A stretch of 64,000 nt of DNA from an uncultured Prevotellaceae bacterium (GCA_900314715.1 OMWI01000007.1:43841-107840); one strand, 5' to 3'. Shown: positions 22,610-31,665, counted from the stretch's first letter. Made by a program: numbers and translations. The notes: generated from the letters alone by a model not told the origin.

Positions 22610-22665
22610 GTTTACGCATGCTAAATGATATGTTTACGTAGGCTAAATGATATGTTTACGCTTCG
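22610..22665. repeat. 22-bp direct tandem repeat, about 2.5 copies
   Basis: gtttacgcatgctaaatgatat / gtttacgtaggctaaatgatat / gtttacgcttcg. Located between the GH77 stop and the GH97 start. Confidence 0.9.
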
Positions 22666-22670
22666 TATCC

Positions 22671-25361
22671 TTACCTCTCCGTTTGCTCAATGAGGTCTTG
22701 GATGTTCTTCATGAACCCTTCGCATTCCAGTAAGTCCTCGATATTCAGGTGCATACGGTATCTCCAGTAATGCTTAGGATTGGCTGGAATGTTCACGCGT
22801 TCGGCGTTGGCATCTTCCAAACGAAGGTGTTCGTCGATGGCAAGCCAATCTTGAAGGGCGATAACACACACCATGGAAGGACAATCGAGGTGTTCCTTGA
22901 TGATTTCACGTGCCAACCATGCTGGCAGAGGATGAGGAGCATTGCCGCCACGTTGCAACATCATGTTGAAATATACCTGTGTTCTTTCTGGGTTTTCGTC
23001 CCACCACATGCGTAGGGTAGGGGTGTCGTGCGATGAAATGGTGCAGACGGAGCGATAGGGATTGCGCGAGAGATAACCGAATTGCACTTTCGGGTCTTTC
23101 GGCATACTCTGCAATTCGAGAGAAAGAATGCGCAACTCGTTCATTACCCATTGAACGCAATCTGGAACCATTCCCAAGTCTTCCGCACAAACCAACATAC
23201 GGGTTGCCTGAACTAACTTTGGCAATTTCTTCATGGCTTCCCGATACCAGAATTGATTGTTGCGACGATAGTAATAATCGTTGTAAAGCCTGTTGAAAGC
23301 CGACTTGTCTATGTCGTACAATGCCTCGTACATGAAGTCTTTTTGCGCTGAGATGCGTGGGTGGAACTTATTCTTGTCTTCCCTATCACGAACGAAGAGT
23401 ACGTTGCTTACCAATTTATACAACAATTCGCGTAAATCCTTGTCATCAACGGCGTTTTCAATCTTCCTTTGCGTGTCGTATTCGGGCTTCAAATCCCAAA
23501 TATCGTCGTGTGAATGATTGAGGTACTTCTGCTTGATTTCATCGGCACGTTCTCCAAACAGTCTTTCCAAAGTCCAGTTGGCAATGAATGGGCGTGTGAA
23601 TAGCTCTTCTTGGAAGTTCAATCCGTATGCCTCTATCTCTTCGCGAGACAATCCCAATGACGGCGAGAATTGTCCGAGCAAGCCATGAACGCTTTCGATG
23701 GGGATTTCCCAGATGCGGAAGAATCCCAATACATGGTCAATGCGATAAGCATCGAAGAAGTTTGACATGTTTTGGAAGCGACGAACCCACCAGATACAAT
23801 CGTCTTTCAACATCTCATCCCAATTGTATGTGGGGAATCCCCAGTTCTGTCCGTTCTCGGAGAAATCGTCTGGCGGTGCTCCAGCTTGTCCGTTCATGTT
23901 GAAGTAACGCGGTTCTGACCATACGTCACAACCATAACGACTCACGCCAATGGGAATGTCGCCCTTGAGAATCACGCCTTTCGACTTGGCGAAATCGTGT
24001 ACGTCCTTCATCTGGGTGTAGAGGATATATTGCACGAAGTAATAGAAAGCCACTTCCTGATAGGCTTTCGTGCGAACGTTGGTTAACGTCTTGCGGTCGT
24101 CTTCATTCCAAGTGAGATGTCCATTCCATTGCTTGAAGTCAACCGTACCATATTTATCGCGCAGAGAACAATATTGCGCGTATGGAACAAGCCATGATTC
24201 AGACTCCCTGAAGAATGTCTTGAAGTCGCTGGTCTTCAACATCTTGCTACCTTCTTGTTGGTAGATTAACTTCAAGTATTCGTTCTTGGCATTGTTCACC
24301 CGTTCATAGTCAATTTGCGGAAGTGCGTTGAGTTCCTTGCGCAATTCCTCAAACTTCTTCATTTCATTTTCGTCCTCAATGGCAGGCAATCTTCTCAGGT
24401 CTACGTATTGTGGATGTAATGCAAAAATGGAAATACAACTATAGGGATATGAATCTGTCCATGTGTGGGTGGTTGTTGTATCGTTGATAGGAAGCACCTG
24501 CAACAATCGTTGTTTGGTAGATGCTACCCATTCTACCATCTTCTTGAGGTCGCCAAAGTCGCCTACGCCAAAGCTACCCTTCGTTCTCAACGAGAACACG
24601 GGTACCAATGTACCTGCAACTTTCGTGTTGCTAATTTCAAAGAAGGCTTGTTCAAGATGATGAACCGTTACGATAGAACGGATACTATTGATGGAGGGTA
24701 GGGGCATCTTACGGTTTTCTCCCACTTCCCATAACACTTTCTTTCGCTTGCCATTGTCTATCACCACGAACTTGAATTCAGATGCTCCCTTTTTCGGTGC
24801 GAATCGCGTAGCGTCAAGAGTGATAGTCCATTCGTTAAAGCAATGCTCTGTCATGGGAATCGCTCTCGTTGGGTCCCATGCTCCCAAGTATTTGTCTTCT
24901 CCAACAATGGCTAATTGTTGGTTTCTATGCAGTTGTGGCGCACGTACTATCAGTTTCAGGGCGTTTGGCATAGGACGTTGTGCTCCCTTGGATATTCTGA
25001 TGCCCCTGAAATTGATGCAATCGGTAAATGCGGAACTATATAGATATGAGTCTTCTGGAATGTCAATCCACTTGTCGTAAATATCAAAGTCGGTATTTTC
25101 GTTGGCATTGAGTTCCACGAAATGGGCTTCCGTCAGCCATTCGTGACGCTTTTCACGTCCTTCACAATCTACACTATAATAATAATGTATAGAGAGAATG
25201 GTGGAAGAGAGTTTCAATTGACAACTCCATTGCTCTCCATCAAACGTGGACATACGGTATTGTGCAACTTGTTGGTCATTGTTGACATCTGTCGTTACGA
25301 GGTTTAAGACGAGTTCTTCTCCGTAGTTGGTTCTATAATTAATATGAAAATAAATATTCAT
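22671..25361 (-). CDS. malQ: 4-alpha-glucanotransferase (GH77, long Bacteroidetes form with N-terminal starch-binding modules)
   Basis: LQVLPINDTT, YRIDHVLGFFRIWEIP, VCAEDLGMVP and SSHDTPTL are GH77 motifs. Start chosen at MNIYFHINY. Confidence 0.9.
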   Translation of the reverse strand: MNIYFHINYRTNYGEELVLNLVTTDVNNDQQVAQYRMSTFDGEQWSCQLKLSSTILSIHYYYSVDCEGREKRHEWLTEAHFVELNANENTDFDIYDKWIDIPEDSYLYSSAFTDCINFRGIRISKGAQRPMPNALKLIVRAPQLHRNQQLAIVGEDKYLGAWDPTRAIPMTEHCFNEWTITLDATRFAPKKGASEFKFVVIDNGKRKKVLWEVGENRKMPLPSINSIRSIVTVHHLEQAFFEISNTKVAGTLVPVFSLRTKGSFGVGDFGDLKKMVEWVASTKQRLLQVLPINDTTTTHTWTDSYPYSCISIFALHPQYVDLRRLPAIEDENEMKKFEELRKELNALPQIDYERVNNAKNEYLKLIYQQEGSKMLKTSDFKTFFRESESWLVPYAQYCSLRDKYGTVDFKQWNGHLTWNEDDRKTLTNVRTKAYQEVAFYYFVQYILYTQMKDVHDFAKSKGVILKGDIPIGVSRYGCDVWSEPRYFNMNGQAGAPPDDFSENGQNWGFPTYNWDEMLKDDCIWWVRRFQNMSNFFDAYRIDHVLGFFRIWEIPIESVHGLLGQFSPSLGLSREEIEAYGLNFQEELFTRPFIANWTLERLFGERADEIKQKYLNHSHDDIWDLKPEYDTQRKIENAVDDKDLRELLYKLVSNVLFVRDREDKNKFHPRISAQKDFMYEALYDIDKSAFNRLYNDYYYRRNNQFWYREAMKKLPKLVQATRMLVCAEDLGMVPDCVQWVMNELRILSLELQSMPKDPKVQFGYLSRNPYRSVCTISSHDTPTLRMWWDENPERTQVYFNMMLQRGGNAPHPLPAWLAREIIKEHLDCPSMVCVIALQDWLAIDEHLRLEDANAERVNIPANPKHYWRYRMHLNIEDLLECEGFMKNIQDLIEQTER

Positions 25362-25450
25362 AGGCTGTAATAGTTTTAAATTTTGCGTCAAAATTAGCAA
25401 GAAATACTAAACTATGATAGCCTATGAACAATCAAAAGGGCGTTTTAGCT

Positions 25451-25466
25451 ATGCAAACGTTTGCAT
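25451..25466. promoter_or_regulatory. LacI-family operator palindrome ATGCAAACGTTTGCAT
   Basis: Perfect 16-bp palindrome ~90 nt upstream of malQ. The same core occurs at 31597-31612, next to the LacI gene. Confidence 0.7.
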
Positions 25467-25499
25467 TGTTGACTACTTGTTTCCTGTCTTTGAGGTGTT

Positions 25500-26111
25500 T
25501 TATTGTTCTTGTTCATTTGTAAAGTCTTCTCCTACTTGAATGGCACGATTCAAAGAGCGCATTTCACGGAAGTATATGAAAGACATGACACCCATACCTA
25601 TTAATCCACCCATGATGCAACCAATGGCTGGATCGGTGGTAGAATGAAAGGCACTAATGTCGTAAAGAAACAAGATTATCCAGATGATAACTAATGGTGT
25701 CTCAATAATGATTTGCCATTTCTCGCGTTTCTTGTACGCCAAAAGTTTTTGTCTTACGGTAACGATATTTTCTTCCGACATCAATTTGTCGTTGATTGTA
25801 TGGACGTTATAAATGTTGAAAATAATTTCGCCGATGATTAAGAGGGCGATGAAAGCATTGCAAAACCATGATACATGGAGTTTCGAAAAGAAGACAATAA
25901 TGATAGGTAAGATAATACATCCTACTACACTCATCCAATAATTCATGTTCTTAATCCAAGAAACATGTGATTTCATCGCTTGGCGAATCAGTCGTTCGTT
26001 GATGATTTCTTGCTTGTTGAGCCTTCCCTTGAATTCTGCCAGTTGCTCTTTGAGCATTTCCAATTCTGTATTCACTTGATTTGTTTCCATCGTGATAATG
26101 TTTTTATTCAT
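25500..26111 (-). CDS. Membrane protein (coiled-coil N-terminus plus ~4 TM segments); possible anti-sigma partner
   Basis: Overlaps the sigma-factor stop by 8 nt. It has no FecR or zinc-finger anti-sigma motif that I can see; the call rests on position and topology only. Confidence 0.4.
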   Translation of the reverse strand: MNKNIITMETNQVNTELEMLKEQLAEFKGRLNKQEIINERLIRQAMKSHVSWIKNMNYWMSVVGCIILPIIIVFFSKLHVSWFCNAFIALLIIGEIIFNIYNVHTINDKLMSEENIVTVRQKLLAYKKREKWQIIIETPLVIIWIILFLYDISAFHSTTDPAIGCIMGGLIGMGVMSFIYFREMRSLNRAIQVGEDFTNEQEQ

Positions 26112-26589
26112 TAGACATTTGCTTGAGTTGTTCCTTGATACGAAAAAGACGAACAGAAACATTTTTTGCCGAAATGCCGACAATCATTCCGATTTCCTCG
26201 TAACTCATGTTTTCCAACCAGAGTAGGATGATGGCACGGTCGAATTGAGGTAATTTGGCGATGCGCTGACGTAACATATCCATCTGACGGGAATTGTTGT
26301 TGGTTTCCGTTTCCTCAAATGGATTGATGTCCATCGTCAATGGAATGGTTTTGTGGCGTTTTTTCTTACGGTCAATGGAAATGCAGACGTTCAGCGACAC
26401 CCTGTAAATCCATGAACGTACGTCGGCGCGACCTTCATAGGAACTGAAACTTTTCCAAAGGTTAATCAATACCTCTTGAAACAAGTCGGCCACCTCGTCT
26501 TGGTCTTTTGAAAACATATAGCAGACGGTGTAGATGGTGCTGCGATGTTCTCTGACGGTACGTGTAAATTCAGATTCTAATGCGTTCAT
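26104..26589 (-). CDS. ECF-type RNA polymerase sigma-70 family factor
   Basis: Region 2 (DLFQEVLINLWKSF...WIYRVSLNVCI) and region 4 (SYEEIGMIVGISAKNVSVRLFRIKEQL). Confidence 0.85.
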   Translation of the reverse strand: MNALESEFTRTVREHRSTIYTVCYMFSKDQDEVADLFQEVLINLWKSFSSYEGRADVRSWIYRVSLNVCISIDRKKKRHKTIPLTMDINPFEETETNNNSRQMDMLRQRIAKLPQFDRAIILLWLENMSYEEIGMIVGISAKNVSVRLFRIKEQLKQMSNE

Positions 26590-26798
26590 GTTCGTTCTTT
26601 TTCTTCGTTCTTCTATTCATAAGTCGCAACAAGATGATGGAAAACTACAATGAATAATGCTATTTTTTTTGCAAAGTACGTGAAAACACTTGAATTATAC
26701 AAGTCATTTCCCCATTTTTTTGAGTTTTTTCTTTTATGAAAAGACCTCACCATATTTCTGTTAATACTCTTTGTATCAATAAATTGAAAAACGGAACA

Positions 26799-26933
26799 CC
26801 TCCCGTAAGACCTCCCACTCTAAATAATGTTTAGTGTTGAGTGTTTAGTGTTGAGAGATTACCTTCAATTTTCTCAATTGTGAATTGATATTTGTGAATT
26901 GTGAATTAAAAATTCATGAGGTCTTATGGGAGG
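26799..26933. repeat. Inverted-repeat-bounded element enclosing two 7-bp tandem arrays
   Basis: cctcccgtaagacctc (26799-26814) versus gaggtcttatgggagg (26918-26933), 15/16 complementary. Inside are tttagtg/ttgagtg units (26829-26856) and gtgaatt units (26879-26907). Further AGACCTCC-like copies lie at ~26750 and 26992-27002. Confidence 0.8.
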
Positions 26934-27112
26934 TCTTTCAAGCTTATTGAATTCACAACGCCTTAATAATTAGTCGTTTAGGAAAAACGACGGGAGGTCT
27001 TGATGAAAAATAGAAAAATGCTCATTTTCTGAAATTTCATATAAGAAAGAGTAAAGCCTTGTACTGTTCATTCGCTTTGTAATTGAAGATGCGGTATTGG
27101 TTCCTCAGACCG

Positions 27113-28459
27113 TTAGTGCGATGCTTGGCTAAGGATGTCTCTCAGGAGCGCATTGAAGTCAATCACGTTGTCTGGCTTTGGAGAGAAACCCAAGACAACC
27201 ACTACCAGTTGGTGGGAAGGGAAGATAAATATGTCTTGCCCGTCGTGGCCGTCGCAATAGTACATGTCCTTCGGCACGTCGGGAAACTTGCCGCACTGGT
27301 TCAACCAAAAGAAGGCGCCATAGCGCCCGTCACTGGCGGCAGCTGGCTTGCGTGTATAGTCAACCCATCCTTCGGGCAGGATTCGCTCGTTACCAACACA
27401 GCCGTCGTCGAGGTACATTTGTCCGAAGCGTGCGAAATCCCTTGCCGTGGCGTAAAGATACGATGAGCCTACAGGCGTACCGCTCATGTCCTGCTCGAAG
27501 ACGGGATTGACAATGTCGAGCGGAGCAAAGAGCCGCGAGTGCATATAGCGAAGGAATGCCTCGTCAGTAGGGAAGCGGCTGCGCAGATAACGCATCACAA
27601 TGTTTGTAGTGCCGCTGGAGTATTGCCAGTGTGTGCCAGGTTCGTATTCGAGTGGTTTCATGAGGGCATAGAGACCCATGTCGCTTTCGCAATGGAGCAT
27701 GATGTTGACATCGGAACGAGCGCCGTAATCCTCGTTCCATTCCAGTCCGCTTTGCATCTGCATCAGGTCATGGAGGGTGATGGCTTTGCGTCCGTCGTCC
27801 TGCCACTCAGGGATGTTCATCGGCGCATAAATGTCAAGCAGACTGTCTTTCACCATGATGCCGATGAGCGCATTGGCAAAACTCTTCGCCATACTCCAAC
27901 TTAGGAGTTTTGTGTCGGGTTTGATGCCCTTGTCATAGCATTCCGCCACCACGCCCCCTTTGTGTACTACCACGAAAGCAAAGGGATGGCCCTTATAGGC
28001 ACGCTCGTTGACGAAAGCCTTCGCGATAGGAGCAAGGCGTTCTGCGACGATGGAGTCGCCCACCTGCAGTTGAGCCTTGACGATTGAATCCTGTTCCGAC
28101 TGCACTTCTGAAAGTACACCCATCGGGAAGCGCTGCCCTCTCAACTCATCGGCAGAGGTTCCGCACAGTAATGTCACGCCGCATCCCTCACGATAGATAG
28201 CTGTGGATTTACCCCAGAGGAGGCGGCTGGTTACCGTCTTGTTCTCATAGTCCACGGTGTTACTTGTGTAGCGGATGAGCGAAAAGTTCAGGTCAATCGC
28301 TTCTACATCCTTCGCCTCACGGCCCGATACGAAAACCGCCGAAGCCAGATTCTTTGCAGCATAGCCAGTAATGATAGGTAGTAGAGTGTTCAGGTAAACA
28401 CATCCCCCCAGAAAGGCAAGGACCACCACAATGGCCATATAGCGTAAGAGCTTTTTCAT
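27113..28459 (-). CDS. Serine hydrolase, beta-lactamase/transpeptidase-like family
   Basis: S-x-x-K motif (SMAK), 448 aa, N-terminal membrane anchor or signal sequence. Confidence 0.75.
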   Translation of the reverse strand: MKKLLRYMAIVVVLAFLGGCVYLNTLLPIITGYAAKNLASAVFVSGREAKDVEAIDLNFSLIRYTSNTVDYENKTVTSRLLWGKSTAIYREGCGVTLLCGTSADELRGQRFPMGVLSEVQSEQDSIVKAQLQVGDSIVAERLAPIAKAFVNERAYKGHPFAFVVVHKGGVVAECYDKGIKPDTKLLSWSMAKSFANALIGIMVKDSLLDIYAPMNIPEWQDDGRKAITLHDLMQMQSGLEWNEDYGARSDVNIMLHCESDMGLYALMKPLEYEPGTHWQYSSGTTNIVMRYLRSRFPTDEAFLRYMHSRLFAPLDIVNPVFEQDMSGTPVGSSYLYATARDFARFGQMYLDDGCVGNERILPEGWVDYTRKPAAASDGRYGAFFWLNQCGKFPDVPKDMYYCDGHDGQDIFIFPSHQLVVVVLGFSPKPDNVIDFNALLRDILSQASH

Positions 28460-28535
28460 AAATATTGAATATGTTTATGTTCTTTAGATTCCGAAAACTA
28501 TTGTCCTTTAACTTCTAAAACTTTCGGGACATGAA

Positions 28536-29096
28536 TTAAAGATTATAGCAGAGGTAAATCTGGTTGAAAGAAATGCTTGCATGAAGATTGTTCTTTCGCA
28601 TCAATAGATGTGCGAGATAATAGGAAAGTTCTGTTCCTAATGTACCGATGGCCGCACCTGCTGCCACATCATACCAGTGATGACGGTCTTTGGCAATGCG
28701 GTCAATAGCGACAAAAGTGGCGAGAGTGTATCCGCCAACGCTAATCCATAAGCTATGCTTACCATATTCCTTGTGTAAGGAAGTAGCACCAGCAAACACG
28801 ACGGCAGTATGGCCAGAAGGAAACGATCGACGGTCGCTATGGTCTGGTCTCCATTCTTTGACGGTGTGTTTCAAGATATAAGCCGTTCCTCCCACGGTAG
28901 CTGCCGTGAAGCACTTGCCAATCAACGCCTCTTTAAAAGGAATATTGCTTTGCATGCCCGTTGCTCGCAAAGTAAATGATGTCGCCGTAGGAACATATTG
29001 AAGAATATCGTCCAAAACGTCGCTATGTCTTTGTTGCGCCGTAATCGTGACGCAACAAAGACATAGCCACATGCAAATATGAAGTCTAATGTTCAT
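28536..29096 (-). CDS. PAP2-family phosphatase
   Basis: The K-x6-RP (KEWRPDH), PSGH and DR-x3-HWYDV motifs are all present. Start chosen at MNIRLHICMW. Confidence 0.8.
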   Translation of the reverse strand: MNIRLHICMWLCLCCVTITAQQRHSDVLDDILQYVPTATSFTLRATGMQSNIPFKEALIGKCFTAATVGGTAYILKHTVKEWRPDHSDRRSFPSGHTAVVFAGATSLHKEYGKHSLWISVGGYTLATFVAIDRIAKDRHHWYDVAAGAAIGTLGTELSYYLAHLLMRKNNLHASISFNQIYLCYNL

Positions 29097-29097
29097 T

Positions 29098-30393
29098 TCA
29101 TTTCTTAATGAGCGAAACGCAACATGAACCGATGACGAGCAATACACCCGACACAATCATCATCGTGGATGAATGACCGCCAACGATATGCAGAATGCTT
29201 CCGCCACAGATGGCTGCAATGATTTGGGGCAAGCAGATGGTACCATTGAACAATCCCAAATATGCTCCCATGTGTCCATAACCTTGCAAGGCATTCGTTA
29301 CGAAGGTGAAAGGCATAGCCAACATGGCTGCCCATGCACATCCTATAAGCAAGAACGGAACGATTTGCGCATATTGGTTGGGAACGAAAGGTATCAACGC
29401 AAAGCCCAAACCACCAAGGAAAAGACTGCAAGCGTAAGCCATTTTGGTGTTTTTGAATCGTGGGAGGATGGTTGCCCATACTACGCTTCCCATGGCTTGA
29501 ATAGCATAGAGAACACCTGTCCAGTTTCCTGCCACCTGATATTCCTCTGATGTGGAATCCGTTGTGTTCCAAACTGTTTCGGCAACGGCATCAACCACGT
29601 AAGTCCACATATATAGAAGGGCTGCCCAACAGAAGAATTGTACCAATCCCACCTTCCAGAAAGTGGATGGAGCGTTCTTCAATAGTGAAATCCAATCGGC
29701 TTTATCCTGCTTGTCTTCACCAGCACCATTGTATTCCTCATACTCTTGCGGATCCCATTCCTTTACTTTCGATGTCGTATAAATGACGCAAAGGATAAGA
29801 ATGGCAGCTCCGATGTAGAACGACCAAATGACTGAATCAGGAACAACGCCTTCTGGGGCTACGTTCTTGATACCTATCCAAGTAAGGATAAACGGGAACA
29901 AGAATCCCACGACACTACCCGCATTGCAAAGGAAAGATTGGATGGAATATGCCTTTGCCTTTTGTTCTTCGTTCACCATATCTCCAACAAGCATCTTAAA
30001 TGGTTGCATCGCCATATTGATACTGGTGTCAAGAAGCATGAGCATGAGCAAACCGAATATCATGACGGCAGAGATGCCCAATCCTAAAGAACCAGCGTTT
30101 GGTAAAAGGCACATCACGGCTACGGCCACGGTGGCTCCAATAAATAAATAAGGTATACGTCTACCGAATCGGCACCATGTCTTATCTGAAAGAGTGCCGA
30201 TAATTGGTTGTACGAGAATGCCCATCAACGGAGGCAGTATCCAGAAAAAACTCAATGAATGGGGATCTGCACCCAATGTGCGGAAGATACGAGATATGTT
30301 TCCGCTTTGCAAGGCGTATGCGATTTGAACGCCGAAAAATCCAAAGCTCAAATTCCAGAGCTTCCAGAAGGATAGGTTTGGTTTATGTTTCAT
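29098..30393 (-). CDS. MFS/GPH-like sugar transporter (SLC45-like; likely maltose/maltodextrin importer)
   Basis: 12-TM-like hydrophobic profile, 431 aa. Lies downstream of LacI and beside the starch PUL. The substrate is inferred from context. Confidence 0.75.
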   Translation of the reverse strand: MKHKPNLSFWKLWNLSFGFFGVQIAYALQSGNISRIFRTLGADPHSLSFFWILPPLMGILVQPIIGTLSDKTWCRFGRRIPYLFIGATVAVAVMCLLPNAGSLGLGISAVMIFGLLMLMLLDTSINMAMQPFKMLVGDMVNEEQKAKAYSIQSFLCNAGSVVGFLFPFILTWIGIKNVAPEGVVPDSVIWSFYIGAAILILCVIYTTSKVKEWDPQEYEEYNGAGEDKQDKADWISLLKNAPSTFWKVGLVQFFCWAALLYMWTYVVDAVAETVWNTTDSTSEEYQVAGNWTGVLYAIQAMGSVVWATILPRFKNTKMAYACSLFLGGLGFALIPFVPNQYAQIVPFLLIGCAWAAMLAMPFTFVTNALQGYGHMGAYLGLFNGTICLPQIIAAICGGSILHIVGGHSSTMMIVSGVLLVIGSCCVSLIKK

Positions 30394-30424
30394 GATTCTA
30401 TTGTTATTGTTGATAATTCTTTTT

Positions 30425-30505
30425 TTCTAGGATTTCTAGAATTTCTAGATTTTCTAGTATATCTAGTATGTCTAGATTATCTAGATTTTCTAGATTATCT
30501 AGTAG
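30425..30505. repeat. Nine tandem 9-bp units, each with a CTAG core (ttctagatt-like)
   Basis: CTAG starts at 30427, 30436, ... 30499, spaced exactly 9 nt apart. The array fills the LacI-MFS gap and overlaps the last codons and stop codon of the LacI gene. Confidence 0.9.
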
Positions 30506-31520
30506 TCCCTCTTACGATAAGGCGGGTCCTTACAATTCTTTTTTCTACTTTATCTAACGGGATGATGCCTTCCACATGGCCGATGAGAATATTAGCAGCC
30601 TCTTCGCCAACAGCAACGCCGCGTTGCTCTACCGTAGTCAGCATCGGGTCGCATGAAATGGCGCGTTGACCATTGGTAAAACCGCAAATGCTGATGTCTT
30701 CGGGCACTCGATAACCCATTCGTTTTACGGTGTAGAGAATACCGATGGCGGTGTCGTCGTTGACGGCGAAGAATGCATCGGGAATCTCTTCCTGACTCAT
30801 GATTTGCGGAGTGATAGCCTCTGCGTCTGCCCTGTTGTCGCAAACACGCACAAATCGCTCGTCGGGTTTCAATTTGTTTTTCAACAAAGCATCGCAATAA
30901 CCATTATAACGATTCTTCGAAATTTCCAACGACATGGGAGAACCATAAAATGCTATTCGCCTACATCCTGTTTCAATGAGATGAGTGACAGCATTGTATG
31001 CGCCCGTGTAATCGTCAACCACCACACGACTGGCATTTACTCCCGTACAAATACGGTCGTAGAACACCAAGGGAACTCCATAATCTTGCAACCATTTGAA
31101 ATGGTCGTATTTGTGTGTGTCCTTTGCTTGCGAGACGATAATGCCACATACCTTGTTTTCATAGAATGACCTGCAGATGCGAACCTCACGGTCGTATCGC
31201 TCGCCGCTTTGCGACACCAAGATGTTGTATCCCCGAGAAGAAGCCTCTTGTTCTATACCACTGAGAATAGACGAAAAGTAGAAATGAGCGAATTGCGGAA
31301 TGATAACACCAATAATCTTTTGAGGTTTCGTTCTGCTGTTTCGCAAACTTTCCGCAATGATATTAGGCACGAAATCATGCTCACGAGCGAACTTGTTGAT
31401 TCTCTCTCGTTGCTCAGCACTGATGCGAGGACTGTTTTTCAATGCACGCGAAACCGTAGCTACAGATACTCCTAATTCCCGTGCAATATCTTTCATGGTC
31501 ATGGACATGGCTTCAGGCAT
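30495..31520 (-). CDS. LacI-family transcriptional regulator
   Basis: HTH MKDIARELGVSVATVSRALKN plus a periplasmic-binding-protein-like sugar domain. The start may be 31502 (MTMKDIA). Confidence 0.9.
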   Translation of the reverse strand: MPEAMSMTMKDIARELGVSVATVSRALKNSPRISAEQRERINKFAREHDFVPNIIAESLRNSRTKPQKIIGVIIPQFAHFYFSSILSGIEQEASSRGYNILVSQSGERYDREVRICRSFYENKVCGIIVSQAKDTHKYDHFKWLQDYGVPLVFYDRICTGVNASRVVVDDYTGAYNAVTHLIETGCRRIAFYGSPMSLEISKNRYNGYCDALLKNKLKPDERFVRVCDNRADAEAITPQIMSQEEIPDAFFAVNDDTAIGILYTVKRMGYRVPEDISICGFTNGQRAISCDPMLTTVEQRGVAVGEEAANILIGHVEGIIPLDKVEKRIVRTRLIVRGTTR

Positions 31521-31595
31521 TTTCTATACATTTGCAAAAATATAAATTATTGTCAAATGTTGTTATCATTCATTGATTGATTATTGTTATTTCGC

Positions 31596-31613
31596 TATGC
31601 AAACGTTTGCATA
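31596..31613. promoter_or_regulatory. LacI-family operator, perfect 18-bp palindrome TATGCAAACGTTTGCATA
   Basis: Lies in the divergent LacI/susC intergenic region. The core is identical to 25451-25466. Confidence 0.75.
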
Positions 31614-31665
31614 TATAAATGAACGATTTTAACAACCAAAAATTACATTTTTATTATAATAAACT

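Noticed and set aside
26746-26844. A 32-codon ORF (MKRPHHISVNTLCINKLKNGTPPVRPPTLNNV) within the repeat-rich gap upstream of the sigma gene.
   Set aside because: Its sequence is dictated by the AGACCTCC repeat copies. There is no supporting promoter or conservation evidence. It was mentioned under the repeat finding only.
30425-30505. The short tandem arrays (also 10781-10825, 26829-26907, 48503-48556, 53176-53239) as CRISPR arrays.
   Set aside because: The units are 7-9 bp and contiguous with no spacers. No cas genes are present. They are microsatellite-like arrays, not CRISPR.
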